The notes below the pieces were generated by a model, which was given only the letters and a program-made list of their open reading frames with translations, was not told where the DNA came from and did no database searches. A stretch of 64,000 nt of DNA from Camelus dromedarius (lineage: Eukaryota), in NCBI RefSeq assembly GCF_036321535.1, contig NC_087437.1, forward strand, positions 85,686,001 to 85,750,000, in the 5' to 3' direction. Made by a program: the position numbers and the translations under genes. How positions within the stretch are numbered: position 1 is the stretch's first letter; each line of letters starts with the position of its first letter. This document shows positions 13,985 to 27,710 of the stretch, in pieces.

Positions 13985-14685
13985 TTCAAAGTACTGCTTT
14001 GTTTGTAAATTTGGTTGCAAATTTTTACCAGTTGTATCTTAATTGTAATTTAATTTAATATATTTTCTAATTCTACTTGTGATTTCTTCTTTGACCTTTG
14101 CATTATTTTGAATTGTATTGTTTAATTTCCAAATATTTAAAGATTTCCCAAATTTCTTTCTATTGCTTATTCTAATTCTGTTGTAGTTGGAGAATGAACT
14201 GTGGATTATTACAATCATTTTAAATTTATTGAGACTTGTATTATGGACTAGCACATGGTTTATCCCAAGGAAATTTCATGTTCACTTGGAAACAATGTAT
14301 GTTTTGCTCTTGTTTGTGTGAAATGTTCTGTAGATTGAAGTTAGGTCAAGTTGTATGAGAGTGTTCTATCAATTATTAAGACTCAAGTATTGAAATCTTC
14401 AACTATTGTTAATGGAATGCCAATTTTTTATTTCAATTATGTCAATTTTTGTTTCATGTATTTTGAGGTTCTCTTGTTAGGTTCATATTATTAGGCACAT
14501 GTTGTTAATACTATGTTTCCCTAATGAAATAATACTTTATCACTATGAAATGGACATCTTTGTCTTTAGTAATATTTTTTGTATTAAAAGTTTTTTTGTC
14601 TAATATTAGTATAGCTTTCCAGCTTTGTTCTGGTTACAATCTGTATGGTACATTTTTTTTCCCATTCTTTTGCTTTCAATCTATT
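13985..14685 (-). mobile_element. L1 ORF2 endonuclease-region fragment
   Basis: ORF 14039..14254 'HNTSLNKFKMIVIIHSSFS...WKLNNTIQNN..VKEEI' matches the end of the L1 EN domain. The right end decodes to a RLK..GW.K...KAG.AILI-like motif. Confidence 0.9.
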
Positions 14686-16822
14686 TGACAAAATCCAACA
14701 TCCTTATAAGATGAAGATACTCAGTAAACTAGTAATGGAGGGTAACTTCCTCAGTCCCGTAAAGGACATCTATAAATAAAACCACAGCTAATATCATCTC
14801 TAATAATTAAAGACTAAATGCTTTCCTCTAAGACAAGGATCAAGACAACATGCCTACATTCATCATTTCTATTCAACATTGTAATAGAGGGTTCAGCCAA
14901 AGCAATTGGGATTAAAAAAAGGAGGTGGGGGAGGAAAGAAATTAAAGGCATCTAGATTGGAAAGTAAGAAGTAAAACTATCTCTATTTGCAGGTGATATA
15001 ATCTTATATACAGAAAATCCTAAAAAAAAAACTAAAAAATGTTAGAGCCAATAAATAAGTTCAGTGAGTTTTCAGGATACGAGATCAATATAAAAATTTT
15101 GTATTTCTACACAGCTGTAAAAACATTCAAAAAATGAAATCAAGAAAAATGATTGAAAAATAAGAAAATTGAAAAAGAAAAGCAAAACAAAAAAGGATCA
15201 GAAAACTTAATACTGTTAGGATGGGAATACTCCCCAAGTTGAACTAAAGATTCAATACAATTCCTTGCAGAATCCCAGCTGATTTCTTTGTAGGCATTAA
15301 CCAGTTGATTCTAAAAATTCATATGGAATTACCAGGGACTCAAATTAGACAAAAAAATCTTGATGGAGGGGAAAAAAGTTGGAGCACTTACACTTCAAAA
15401 CTTACTACAAAGCAACAGTAATGGAAACATTGTGGTCTTGGCATGTATCAGTGGAGTAGAATTGAGAGTCCAGAAATAAACAATACATCTATGGTCAACT
15501 TCTTTTCATCAAGAGTATCAAGAACATTTAATAGTTAAAGAAAAGTGTTTTCAAAACATGGTGCTTAGACAACTGAATATCTGTATGCAGAAAAAAAAAA
15601 AAGTCCTTTACCTTACACTACATACAAAAACTAACTCAAAAAGAATTAAAGACCTAAATGTACTAGTTAAAACTACACACTTAGAAGGAAACCTAAGGGT
15701 ACATTTTCTTGACTTTAGAATTTGCAATGGATTCCTAGAAGTGACACCAAAAGCAGGAGAAACAAAAGAAAATAGATAAATTGGACTTCATGAAAATTAA
15801 CCTTTTCTGCATAAACAGACATTATCAAGGACATAAAAGGACAACTCTCAGAAGGTGAGAAATTAATTGCAAATTATATATCTGATAAAATACTTAGACT
15901 ATACAAAGATCTCATACAACTCAATAATAATAATAGTAATAAAAAATTTTAAATGAGCAAAGGATTTGTATGGGCATTTTACCAAAGACATGAGCAACGA
16001 ACACATGAAAAGACGTTTGACATCATTAGCCATCAGGGAAATGCAAATAAAACCCACAATGAGATACTACTTCGTACACATTAGGGGGAGCTAGACTCAA
16101 AAGTCAGATAAGAAAAAGTGTTGATGAAGCTGTAAGGAAATCAGAACCCTCATACACTGCTGGTGGGAATGTAAGGTGGTGTGACCACTTTGAAAAGCAT
16201 CCTTTCCAAAGGGAGTTCCTCAAACGGTTAAACACAGCATTCCTCAAGCAGCTGAACAGAGTTATAGCAATTTCACCCCTAGGTTTATGCCCAAGAGAAA
16301 TGTTAACTATATATACACAAACATATACATGATTGTCTATAGAGTATGATTCATAATAGCCAAAAGGTGTAAATAACGCAAGTGTACATCAAATGATGAA
16401 TGGATAAATATAAAGTGGTAAGTCATACAATAAAATATTATTTGGCCACCAAGAAAGGAAGAGATATATGGACAGCATGGATGCCTGCCCTTAACATAAA
16501 CATGGATGAACCTTGAAAACATTACACTAAATGAAAGACACCAGTCACAAAAAAAAACTGATAACATACAATTCCATTTATATAAAATATTCAGAATAAG
16601 CAAATCTATATAGAGAGAAAGCAGGTTAATTATTGCTTGGGACTGGAAGGTGGAGTAGGTAACAGAGAGTGATACCTAACTTTTTGGAGCAACAAAAATA
16701 TTCTAAAAGTGACTGTGCTAATGATCGTATGTATTTGTGAATCTACTAAAAATCACTGAATTGAACTCTTCAAATGGGTGAAATAAATAGTCTGTGAACT
16801 GTATCTCAATAAAACTGTTAAG
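14683..16822 (+). mobile_element. L1 (L1MB-like) ORF2 RT to C-terminus plus 3' UTR
   Basis: Starts at 'atttgacaaaatccaacatcc' (FDKIQHP). Contains 'ctatctctatttgcaggtgatat' (LSLFADD-like) and 'agaattgagagtccagaaataaa'. Ends 'gtgaactgtatctcaataaaactgtt'. Confidence 0.92.
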
Positions 16823-16837
16823 AAGTTCTCTGAAACA

Positions 16838-16875
16838 TAATTAAATTAAATTAAATTAAATTAATAAATTATTTA
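16838..16875. repeat. (TTAAA)n low-complexity tail
   Basis: Direct reading: taattaaattaaattaaattaaattaataaatt. Confidence 0.8.
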
Positions 16876-16984
16876 AAAAGTGAAACATCCCTTTGTCTTA
16901 TAAGTAGAACCAATATATCAGTATAGTATACCAGGAATTCTGACACTATATATATATGTATGCAAATTTTATATAACTATGTTT

Positions 16985-17208
16985 GACTTTATCATCACAT
17001 GGTGTTCCCCTGTGTGTATCTGTGTCTAAATGTTCTCTTTTTATGACACTAGTCATATTGGATAAAGGGCCCACCCTAATCCAGGATGATCTCATGTCAT
17101 CTAATTACATCTGCTACAACTCTGCTTCCAAATAAGGTCACTTTTTGAGATACTAAGGGGTAAGACTCCAGCAAATGAATTTTGGAGGGACCCAATTTAA
17201 CCCATCAC
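16985..17208 (-). mobile_element. MaLR LTR fragment, MLT1B/C-like
   Basis: 'gacactagtcatattggataaagggcccaccctaatccag...taattacatctgc...tccaaataaggtcac...aatttaacccatcaca'. Confidence 0.85.
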
Positions 17209-17499
17209 AGACAACAAACATACTCTGTTTCTCACAGCTTCTTTTTTACTTTATTATACAATGTCTTCTAATGGATTTCCACTGTGATTTGAATAATATC
17301 TAAGACATCAACATATTCATCTGACTCCTGCCCAAATCTCCAGTTTGTTTTCACACCTCTCTTTGCTTTTTATCTTCAATTTATACTTCTCATCTTGACT
17401 TTTTCTGACATAATTATCCTGGCCTCAGAATAGTTCACATTCACTATACTCTGGTCACATACTGTCCACTACAGTCATCTATTCACTTAACTAAAACTA

Positions 17500-17750
17500 C
17501 TTATCCTCCAGACACATCTTAAGTCATCATCACCTCATGCAAATGTTTCCAACGCCTAAACTTCATCTAAGTTAGCATTTGTGTTTCATTTGTATGGTTC
17601 AGCAGATACTTTGTTAAGCACGTGACACCCTTGAAATTATGTGTTTCATGTCTTCTCTGCTTATTGTAATCTGCATGAGAGCAAGAAATATATGTGTCTT
17701 CATCAGTGTATTCTCAATACATGAGGCATAGTTAATGGTCAAAAGTTAAT
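17500..17750 (+). mobile_element. L2 3' fragment (decayed)
   Basis: 'tgtaatctgcatgagagcaagaa...tcttcatcagtgtattctca...ggcatag' resembles the L2 3' end. Confidence 0.55.
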
Positions 17751-17980
17751 TGCACATATATGACAAGAGCCATATAAGCCAACAGACAGCCTACAACAGA
17801 ATTGTTCAACGAATTGTTTATCATGACATGATATAATAATCACATTTACATTTGTCCCTATGTCCAATATTTTCTATGAGAACTTAAATAAATAACTTAT
17901 GGAATCTAGATTCAGATAACATTAATGAATGTCAATGCATAACACTTTTCTCTAGTCTACCAAAATAATAATCCTGAAAG

Positions 17981-17981
17981 A

Positions 17982-18036
<55 letters not shown>

Positions 18037-18037
18037 A
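17981..18037. repeat. (TAAA)n microsatellite, about 14 units
   Basis: Perfect tetranucleotide run read directly. Confidence 0.97.
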
Positions 18038-18519
18038 GGCAGGCTAACATAGTTGCTTTAAGTGGACTAATGTTGACTCCTGGTGATTACTGCTTTTATT
18101 TCAAATGCCTGTAAACCAGAACATAATAAATACTTGAGAAATGTGTGTCTCATCTATTTTAAATTTGCCATTCTTTATTTTACAGAATATAATTAGGTCT
18201 ATTTTTGAAAACTATACCTGTGCATTTCAAAGTGTTCTGTAGGATGTTTAAAGTATTACCAAAAAAAAAAAAAATAGTTTGAAGGTAATTATAAGTTAAC
18301 ACCATTCCTGCAAGGTCAGGAGATTTTAACTAATTTTAGATCTGTTAGTTTCAATCATAAAATCTGCTCTACACAACTAATAATTTAGCTTTGTGAAGCA
18401 TTATTTGCTCTCTATGTAAATTAGTCTTAGGCCCCTTCAAGAATAAAAACTGTTGTATGTCTATGCTCCCTCTAGGACTGGTGCATGCTAAGTGTATAGA
18501 CAGCTCTGAATAACACCAC

Positions 18520-18990
18520 TGGGGCCTCAGGTCCTATCACTCTCCCCTCTCCTCCCTCTGTTCCATCCACATTGACTTTTCTGCTGTCTCTTGCACATGA
18601 CAAGCATGGTTCTCTCTTGGGGCCACTGCCCTACTCTTCCCTCTGCCTAGCAGAGTTTCCCTCCAAATAGCCACATGGTTTGTAGGTGACTACTGAAAAG
18701 AAACACCATGTTACGAGAAAGGCTTCCCTAGTGACCTTCTCTAAAGTGTTTGTTTACCCAACCTCCGTTTTCATCCTGGATAGTTCTCACCTTGTAGCAT
18801 ATTGTATATTTATTATCTGTGTACCCTGTGTTTCTTCTGACCAGAAAGAAAACTCCACGAGGACAGGAAGCTTTGCTGTTTTGTTACTATTCTGTCCTCT
18901 GTGCCTATGACAGTGACCACAATGCTACAGTAGTCACTCAATGAATATTTGTTGATTTGTTGAATAAATAAGAGAACGATAAATGAGTAA
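18520..18990 (+). mobile_element. L2a 3' end
   Basis: 'ctcttccctctgcctag', 'aactccacgaggacagg', 'cagtagtcactcaatgaatatttgttga...gaataaat'. Confidence 0.85.
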
Positions 18991-19631
18991 ATAAATGAAT
19001 ACATTGAATGTTTCCAAGATTTCATCAGTTTATCCTGAATCAATGTTTAACTGCAAAGTTAAACAACTTTGGTCAAACTGTTGGTGGATACAATGATATA
19101 AGATTTGTAGTCTAGTTACAAAGTAGCAAAAGTGAAAAAGTAAAAAGTTACATTGTTTTGTTCTATTCCTTTGGCCATTATTATTTTCTATTATCAGTGT
19201 AAATAACTTGTTACTAGAATAGCGTAGTGCAAAACATGACACACAACTTGTGATTTCTCACAAGCATTTTATGTCTCTAATTGTAATCACTGATCATTTC
19301 TTGGGTCACATCAGAAATGTCATAAGCAGTTTATTTTTCCAAATAACTCAGACTAAATCTCTTTTAAGAAACCATTGAATCATGATACTGGTAGTACCTC
19401 ACTCACAACTTTTACACAAGTCAATTTAGTATTACCTGTATAACAATTAGCAAGAAAACCATAAGTGATTTCATTTTGCTCATATAACATGGCTTCAGAA
19501 AATTAGAGAAGGTGGTAGAATTGTGAGCAGTCAAATCCAAAACAGATTTACTTGTGAGGCTTAAAAGTTACCAAATTTTCTCACTCATAAGTAGGTTTTA
19601 TATTATATACACAGAGCCTTCAATAATATTG

Positions 19632-20295
19632 ACCAGTGAAGAAACATAACAAAACAGAAACAGACTTACAATTACAGAGAACAAAAGGGTGGTTGCCAGA
19701 GGCGAGGTGGGTAGGAGGATAAGAGAAATAGATGAGGGAGATCAAGAAGTACAAACATCTAGTTGCAAAATAAATGAGTCATGGGTATGAAACGTAAGTG
19801 TGGGGAATAGAGTCAATAATTATATGTAATATCTCTGTATGGCGACAGATGGTGGTGATAATTTTGAAATGAATAGAAATATTAAATCACTATGCTGTGT
19901 AACAGGAACTAACACAGTGCTGCAGGTCAACACTTCAAAACAAACAAACTTATAAAAAAGGAATGATATTTGCAATTACCAGAGGTGGGGAGGAATTGGA
20001 TGAAGGCAGTCAAAAGGTGCAAACTTCCAATTATAAGATAAAATTAAGTCCTAAGGATGTCATGTACAACATGATATATGAAAGTTGTTAACAGAGTAAT
20101 CTAAGAGTTCTAATCACAAGGAAAGAATACTATTTTTCTATTTCTTTCATTCTGAATCTATGTAAGATAATAGATGTTCACTAAACTTACTGTGGTAATC
20201 ATTTCATAATGTATATAAGTCAAATCATTATGCTGTACATCTTAAATTTGTACAGTACTTTATGTCAATTATATCTCAATAAAACTTAAAGAAAA
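19632..20295 (+). mobile_element. L1 3' UTR with two tandem 3'-end modules
   Basis: The first module ends 'ggaactaacacagtgctgcaggtcaacacttcaaaa' (about 19940). The second is homologous to 13560-13960 and ends 'tgtcaattatatctcaataaaact'. Confidence 0.88.
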
Positions 20296-22183
20296 TAACA
20301 TTGGCCATGTCTTTGCCATTGTATAGATGTAAAATCTAGTTGTATTTTACATGGACACTTTCATTTTAAAATGATTTTAGTAACATTACATAGAAATAGC
20401 TCAAACTAAGTAAAACTACTTCCTCTTAATTTCCATTTTTCTTTTGTTTTCTTAGTAAATAAGACTCATAAGACATCAAAAAAATGATCTCTATGGTGCA
20501 GAAATGAAAACACCATTAAAGATATCATTATAGTTTTTGTGCATTAAAAACATTTTGCAAACATAAAAATTTGATGGTTTAAGTGTAAATGAATCAGAAC
20601 AGCTGAAATTAGATTTTTTCCAGTGTTTAGTAATAAAGAAACACAATAATAGATAAAATACTAACTCATGATTTGAGTAGGTATTCTATTATAATTGGAA
20701 ACATAAATATACATTTTAGTCTACTTTCCAATAGAAGATAGATTATCAAATTAATTCTTTTCTATGCGTGTTTCTCTGTTCAGTATTTAAAGTAATAGAT
20801 TCCATAAAGTTGCTCATAAAATATCAGCCAGTTTGAAACTAGGGACAGGGAATCACCTTCATAAAAAATCACTTTTCATGGAGTAGTTGAGTTGGCCTTA
20901 GAGAAGTCTTTATTACTTTATTAGAAGTCTATATTAGCTATGTATATCTCAAACATAATGATGCCTTAAACAAGAAAACTGTATTTGATAATTAGCTAGC
21001 AGACTCTTATTTCAGAAGTCTCATATTTGACATGAGGAAGTTTACATCCACTCACTACAGAGGAAGGTTTAAATCATAACTAATATTAATTGCATTATGT
21101 GTATTTAATCCTCCTAAAAATTATCAGCAATAATTGTATTGGGAGGGTTAATGAATTCTTTAGGATTATATGTCTTCTCAATTCCACTTACTTTATAAAA
21201 ATAAATTTCCATTTTGTCTGTTTGTGGTTATGGTTGAAAATAATACTGAAGATTTTACTGTGTGTACTCAGGGAAAACGCGCACCAGTCAGAACTCACAG
21301 AGCACCATTCTCCCCACTCCCCAAACTCCCTCTCAGGAGAATATGCTGTTTTCCACTGACTGCTGCCTAGCTACCTAATCAACTGCTCTAATGCATCTGA
21401 GCCCAGCATCAAGTTGATATTTACCATAAGCTATAAGGAGATTAAAAACAGAATGCTTCATGGGCAGTTGTTAAAAAATGGAATTTCAGAGTCTTGGAAG
21501 TTGTAAGGCATATGTCTTGCCAAAGTTCAAGTATTATTTCCATTTGCATTTATAGCTTTCCTTCCTCTTAACCCTGTAAGTTTGGTAAGTATAGTGTTGC
21601 AAAGAAAACAATTAAGTACAGATTCAAGAACTATACACATTTCCTAATTTTTCTCTTTTTTTAAACTTTTCAGTTGTTAAGTAACTACCAGTTCTTTAAC
21701 TTGGAATAGTTATGGGTGTTTCTTTTATTAACCAATAAAATCTTGAGCTCTAGCTGAAACATGTCTCAAATAAATCCGATGTCCAAAAAAATACCTGTCC
21801 CCTCTCCTACTTTTTTCTTTGTTTTCCTGGAATATTCGACATTATTAAAGAAGAGATCACTTTCTAGTCATTATTTCCTTAAACCTCAAGTTTCTTTCCC
21901 ACTCCAAACTTTTGAAATACCATAAGAAGCCACAGAAAACTAGAAAGTAAAAAAAATGTCATGCTAGCCAAAATAGGAAACAAGACTAACCATAGAAAGA
22001 AAGAATAATTGTGATTCAAAATTATAAAATTAATGTTTCCTGTGGATCATACAATTATGGTTTATTAAAACTTAAAGGTTTCAGAAATTTCCTACTTTGA
22101 TCTTTACACCTTTGTAAGTGAATGAATTGAGGAAAATTTTTGTTTATTTTCTCATAGCTGTCATTCAAAAATAATTAAACGGG

Positions 22184-22516
22184 TGCTATGGTCTGAATTT
22201 TGTGCTCCCTCAAACTCAGTATGTTGAATTTCGAATGCCCAATATGATGGAATTAGTAGGTGAAGTCTTTGCGGCGTGATTAAGTCATGAGGGTGGAGCC
22301 CTCAGGAATGGGATTAGTGATCTCACAGAGCTCCCTAGCCCCTTCCAGCACATGAGGATACAAGGAGGAGTCTGAAACCCAGAAGAGGGCCCTCACTCAA
22401 CCATGCTGGCACCTGATTTTGGACTTCTAGCCTCACAAACTGTGAGAAGTAAATTTCCGTTGCTTATAAGACACCCAGTCTGTTATTTTGTTGCAGTAGC
22501 CCAAATCAACAAAGAA
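22184..22516 (+). mobile_element. MaLR solo LTR, MLT1A0-like
   Basis: 'tgctatggtctgaat...gattaagtcatgagggtggagccctc..gaatgggattagtg...catgctggcacctgattttggacttctagcctc..aactgtgaga'. Confidence 0.92.
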
Positions 22517-22889
22517 ATGTGGGACACTGTCCTAGGGACTCAATATAAAATGTGTATCATCCTCCTCTCATGTCCAAATGAAATTGCTACCTTTTAGTGG
22601 GAGGCTGGGATGTTCAGCTTTCGAGTAAAAATGTATTGGGAAGTGAAAATGTGTGCAATCTGTTTTGTACATTTTCTTCAAAAATAAGCTGCTCTAACCG
22701 TAAACTGTACCACATTTCTGTTTGGATCTGACAACACATTTGTTACCTCCAGTGTCGTTGCCTTTGGCCATCTTGTTAGGTTCTCTTTGCCCTTGGGATC
22801 TAATATTCTCTGACTCTAGATGCCTTGCTCAGACTCTAGTCTTCTTTACCTCAAAGGCAGTATTCCTGCCAGGCTCCCCTTGATTCTCT

Positions 22890-22995
22890 TCAGAGCCGTT
22901 TAGACTAGACTGGAGGCTAGGAGGCCAGCTGGGAGTCTGCTGCAATAAGCAAGGAAATAAATGATGGAGGTTGAATTGAGTCAGTGACGAGAACC
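22890..22995 (-). mobile_element. L2 fragment
   Basis: 'agactggaggctaggaggccagctgggagtctgctgcaataag' is typical antisense L2 text. Confidence 0.55.
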
Positions 22996-24604
22996 AAAGA
23001 GGAGGTATCAAATGCTGTAAGTAAAGAACCAGGAATCAAAAGAACCTACCACCAGTTTGCTGGGTTCTTGTATGCCCTGTAAGCTTATATCCTTAGGAAC
23101 CAGTAATCTGTAGTTGCTTCTAACGGCAATAAAACTTTTAGAAAGGGCTCTTGCCCTAAAAACCAGTGAATAAGTCCTTAAGAATAGCTGAAAAGCCCAA
23201 ATAACACTCTTTTCTTCCTCTGGCACAACTGCTGAGTCATTCAGAAAACCTGCAATAAATATTCTTAAAAGAATAATAAATTTAGATATTTAAGGGGTTT
23301 GGGATGGATTCTGAATTAACAGCTGTAATTATAACTGGCTTCAATATAACCAAGTAAATACAATGTAACACAAAGGAGACCATGTCCCAAGGGTCTAAAT
23401 GGACAGCCATTCAAAAATATGTGAAATAGTGGTGAGTCTAGTCTTGTCTGCTCCCTGCAGATGGTATTAAATGCCTATGCAGTACTTCAGGAGAGCATTA
23501 TAACATATAACCCTTTAAACAAATATCAGTGCGTGAGTGGGTGCGAGACAAGTACGCATTTACAAGTAAAATCAATCTGTCTGCCACTTCTTTGATACCA
23601 TTTTCAGGGATATCAAAAGTGATGCCATTATCCCATAGATGACTTGTTCTGGGCATTGTATCATTTATGTAAAAGAGATGGCACATCTCCCTTAACAGCA
23701 TGTCTGGTAGGTGTGGATAGCTTTCAGCAACGAAAGTTTTACAATAAATTTCAGATGGCCTGAATGAGGAGGACTTGTGTCTCTTGGCAGCCGCAAAGGA
23801 AGCATCTGCTCCTTTGTGTAAGTCTGCCTTTTCTTTTCTGCCTTTTTTTTTTCCTTTGAATCACCACAGTAAGTCTCAATTAGCCAATCATATAAATATT
23901 ATTAGTATTTTTATGGATATAATTGATTATGATTACTTAGACATTGTCCCTCTGGGCTGTAGATCGGTGATCTTGTTTATCTGACTGTATTTATGTGGTA
24001 AAGCTCATCTCAGCCATCACTCACAGAGACAAACAAGGTTTGGTGGGGCTGGAGTAGCATTTCTAAGTAGTTAGGGTGGGACTTAAGAAGAACATAACAA
24101 TATGCTTGCACTTATAGAGAAACTTTGGGGTTTTATCTTACTATTATTATATACAAAGTCTCATCTCTTAAGCACTAAAAATAGTAATTTTCTCCACAAT
24201 ATCCACCTTCCAACTGGGTTAGTGAATTGTCATAAGATTTTGGCTTTGGACTTGCACTAGCCAATGTTTAAAATAATAGACATGTTAATTAAATTTAATT
24301 AATTTGTGCAGAATTCACAAAATGGGTGGGGAGGAAATATACTGCGTAACATAATGAGGATCTCAAGCTGTAGACAGAGTCTGAGCTATAGACAGAGGGC
24401 ATCTTTTCTATGAAGATAAAGTTTAAGCGAAAATTATATCTGAAAAGTAAAACATCCAAGATTTACATGACAACTCTGTCATAACTAAGAAGCAAGATGA
24501 ATGAAAAAGTCCTAATAGTAGTATAATGTGTTCACCACAGTAGCTAATGTGGCTGAGGCTGCATGTAGGAAACAGAAGGAAGATAGTTATGCTTTCTCTG
24601 CATG

Positions 24605-24785
24605 CAATATAATTGCTAACATTTATGAAGCACTTTCTAAGTGACAAGCACTATATTAAGTTCTTTATACATTATCTTATTTAAAACTCGCAATTAAGGA
24701 TATAGATACTCCAATTACTCCTTTTATCATCGAAGAAATTGAGGCAATGAGAGTAATGCTTAAAGTCATTGCTAATTAGAACATA
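24605..24785 (-). mobile_element. MIR SINE
   Basis: 'gctaacatttatgaagcactt...attatcttattt...gaagaaattgaggc'. Confidence 0.75.
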
Positions 24786-24892
24786 TTTGGAATATTGGAT
24801 CTGTTTGGGAATAACAATTGAAACAGAATATAACGGAAGCTGAGAATATTCAGGAAGTGAGATCAAGAGAGTGAAAGCTTAAAAAAAAAGTT

Positions 24893-25040
24893 CATATTAC
24901 TTGTTTATTTGTTTATGGTTTATCTCCTTTACTAGATGATGAATTCATGAGTACAAAATCCAGATCTGTCTAGTTTCAGATTGCTTTTCAAATGCCTAGC
25001 ACAACACCTGACACAGAGTAGGTGCTAATATATTTTTTGA
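24893..25040 (+). mobile_element. L2 3' end
   Basis: 'actagatgatgaattcatgag...tgcctagcacaacacctgacacagagtaggtgct'. Confidence 0.75.
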
Positions 25041-27524
25041 TAGATTTCATAAAGTTAAATGTTCCTGCATAGACAATACTTTGGGATTCAGTGTAGCTGT
25101 CCTGAAATAATTTAAGAGCTTTCCTATGGAAATCAGATTTGTTCTGTGTGCTAGTGTTAGGAAGAAAACAGAGGAAAAATTTTAATTAAAAAAAAATTTA
25201 GTAGTCATTTATATCCCAAAATAGGGTAGGCAGAATGAGGAATTGTTGTTTCACTGTCACTGAATATTCCAGCATAATCTAGGTATAACGTTTCAAGGGT
25301 AGTGGAAAATTATTTTACTCTCCAAATGGTAATAGGGGTCCTAGGCATTAAAGGTCATTTATAGACTGAAATCCCCTGGTTTTAGTTTCCATTCCAGAGA
25401 GGAAAGAAATATCTAAATGCTTGTCAAATCTTCTAGGAATTATTTGATGATATTTTGAATTTAAGTTAGAACTACTTTTATTTATAACTATTACATTACT
25501 CACAAATCATTAATATAGCAAAATCACTCAGTAAGAAAGTAAATGAAGTAAATTAGATCATCCAAAGCACTGGCATTAGTGCCTGGTTTATTTTTATGAG
25601 AGTAATTTAAAAGTACAGTTCAGAGACTGTCGGATAAATATTAGTGTAATTACTATAAAATTGCTGATTGTATCTAATTAATGACTGAAGCCATAAATGT
25701 GAATCTGCTTGATTTTTATATGTCCTATACAAATTCTAAGTCAAATTAATACTCTTTTTCCGTCTAGGTACACATTACACAAACACAGACACATATAAAC
25801 CATTAGAGTCAACTAGTACATTTTAGTATATTAAACAGCCTAGATAAGTCAAACATTTCTATTTCCATAAAATCAGAAGGAACTAAAGACTAAAATGAAG
25901 ATATGCATTATTGCCTATTGGAAACATTCCCTGATAGGCAGCATTCCAAATCTGGCAAAAGGAAGTATGAGGTATGCCTTTTTCTAACATGATGATTTGT
26001 GGAAAGCGGTGCAAAGATTTTAAAAATAAAAACGGTAAACATTACAGGTGCTGGGAATTCTAAAATGTAACTAGTAATGTAAAGGGTTGGGAAAAATTTT
26101 AATAAGGCTTGGAGAGTCAATCCTCAAGAATATTAAAATTGGACAATTGACTGATTATCTGGGGGTAATTAAAATGGGCTGGCTGATTTGTAGAAAGATC
26201 CTAATAACCCAAACAAATAATAGTCTATAATTTTAAATGTGTTGTATTGTGTTTAATGCAGAGATATTATACTTTTATAGGTCAGAGACTATGTTTTACC
26301 TAAAATTTGCATTTTTCATACTTCCAATACAATGTCTTACAGACAGTTGGTGCCCTAAATTGTTGAACTCTTGTATAGGTATTTTAACAGAGAATATAGT
26401 GATTACACAAAAGTCACCAAAAAATTCCATCAAGTTTCTGCTCAATTCTGTTGTGAACCTGAAAGTGCTCTAAAAGAAGAAAGTATATTAAAAAAAAAAT
26501 TCAGGTAAATGCATAGAGATCAAACACCAGCTACCCACACATTTAGACTGTGAATACCTTCATCATTCTCATGTATAAGACGTAGGATGAGAGAGAATAT
26601 GAGTTTAACTTCAAGGGAATCATTGGGGTATTACTTGATATGTGAAAGGGAAATAATTCAACATGATTTTTATTATAATCTTTTAGAATTAGGACCCGAC
26701 TCCTTGCTGAGTCAGTTCCTTCATGGAGAGAGGTTTGGAGATCCCAGTTATGTAGGTCTCCATAGGATATATAAGCAAATGACTGACTTGTGGATGTGAA
26801 GGTCATACATTAAAATGAGAAATTCTTCTCCCTTCACTTTGAGAGTGATGGGGGGAGGGAGCGGGAAGGCTGCTGGGGAAGCAACTCTGTGGTGTCCTCC
26901 CTTCAAGTTGCCAGTTCCTAGAAGCTACTGCAGGTGGAAAAGTGAAGTAAGGATCACATGTGAATCAACCGCTTGCAATGAGGAATGCAGTAGAAGTCCT
27001 TAGACCTGAGGGAAAGGGGCTCACTGCTGGAAAAACACAAGGATGGGATCAAAAGAAATTCAGGTTCTAATCCTTGCTTGACTTTCTGAGTTTTAACTAC
27101 AAAATAAAGGGATCAACAAGTGATCTGTAATATTCCTCCCAATTCTGAAAGTCCATAAATGACTTAGGGAAATATTAGAAGTCAATTCCTGGCTAACCTA
27201 TATGTGAAGATAATGCCAACACAACTCATGTCATATCCATATACCTGCATGACTTAGCTTATCTAGGTGACCTTCACATCTTAACATTTAAATAACCATA
27301 AACTTGGGATTTTCAGAAGCAACCTTATTTTAAAAATTCTAATCATGCCTCCCTTATTATTCAGACCACATATCTAAGCATTAAGTGTAAATTTTGGTCA
27401 CTATAATTAGACACATTTACCAAGACTCCATGCTCAAAGAGGACAAGTCCCCAAGATGAGGAACATTGGTCTTTAGCCAAAGGTATATGAGAAGTCATTT
27501 TGTTGTCTAATGCCAAAATAAAAT

Positions 27525-27710
27525 AAAATGAAGAGATAAACAACAAGATCCCACTGTATAGCACAAGGAACTATATTCAGTATCTTCTAATAGCTTATAA
27601 TGGAAAAGAATATGAAGAGGAATATATATCTATGTATGTATACCTGAATCACTATGCTATACACCAGAAACTAACACATTCTAAATCAATTATACTTCAA
27701 TAAAATAAGA
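27525..27710 (+). mobile_element. Cetartiodactyl-type L1 3' terminal fragment
   Basis: 'ataaacaacaagatcccactgtatagcacaaggaactatattcagtatc...tacaccagaaactaacacatt...ttatacttcaataaaa'. Confidence 0.92.

Noticed and set aside
16212..16262. Small tandem duplication 'ttcctcaa.c.g.t.aaca.ag' inside L1
   Set aside because: Ordinary local duplication in a dead repeat.
24286..24303. 18-bp perfect palindrome ttaattaaatttaattaa
   Set aside because: A/T-only in AT-rich DNA; low information content.
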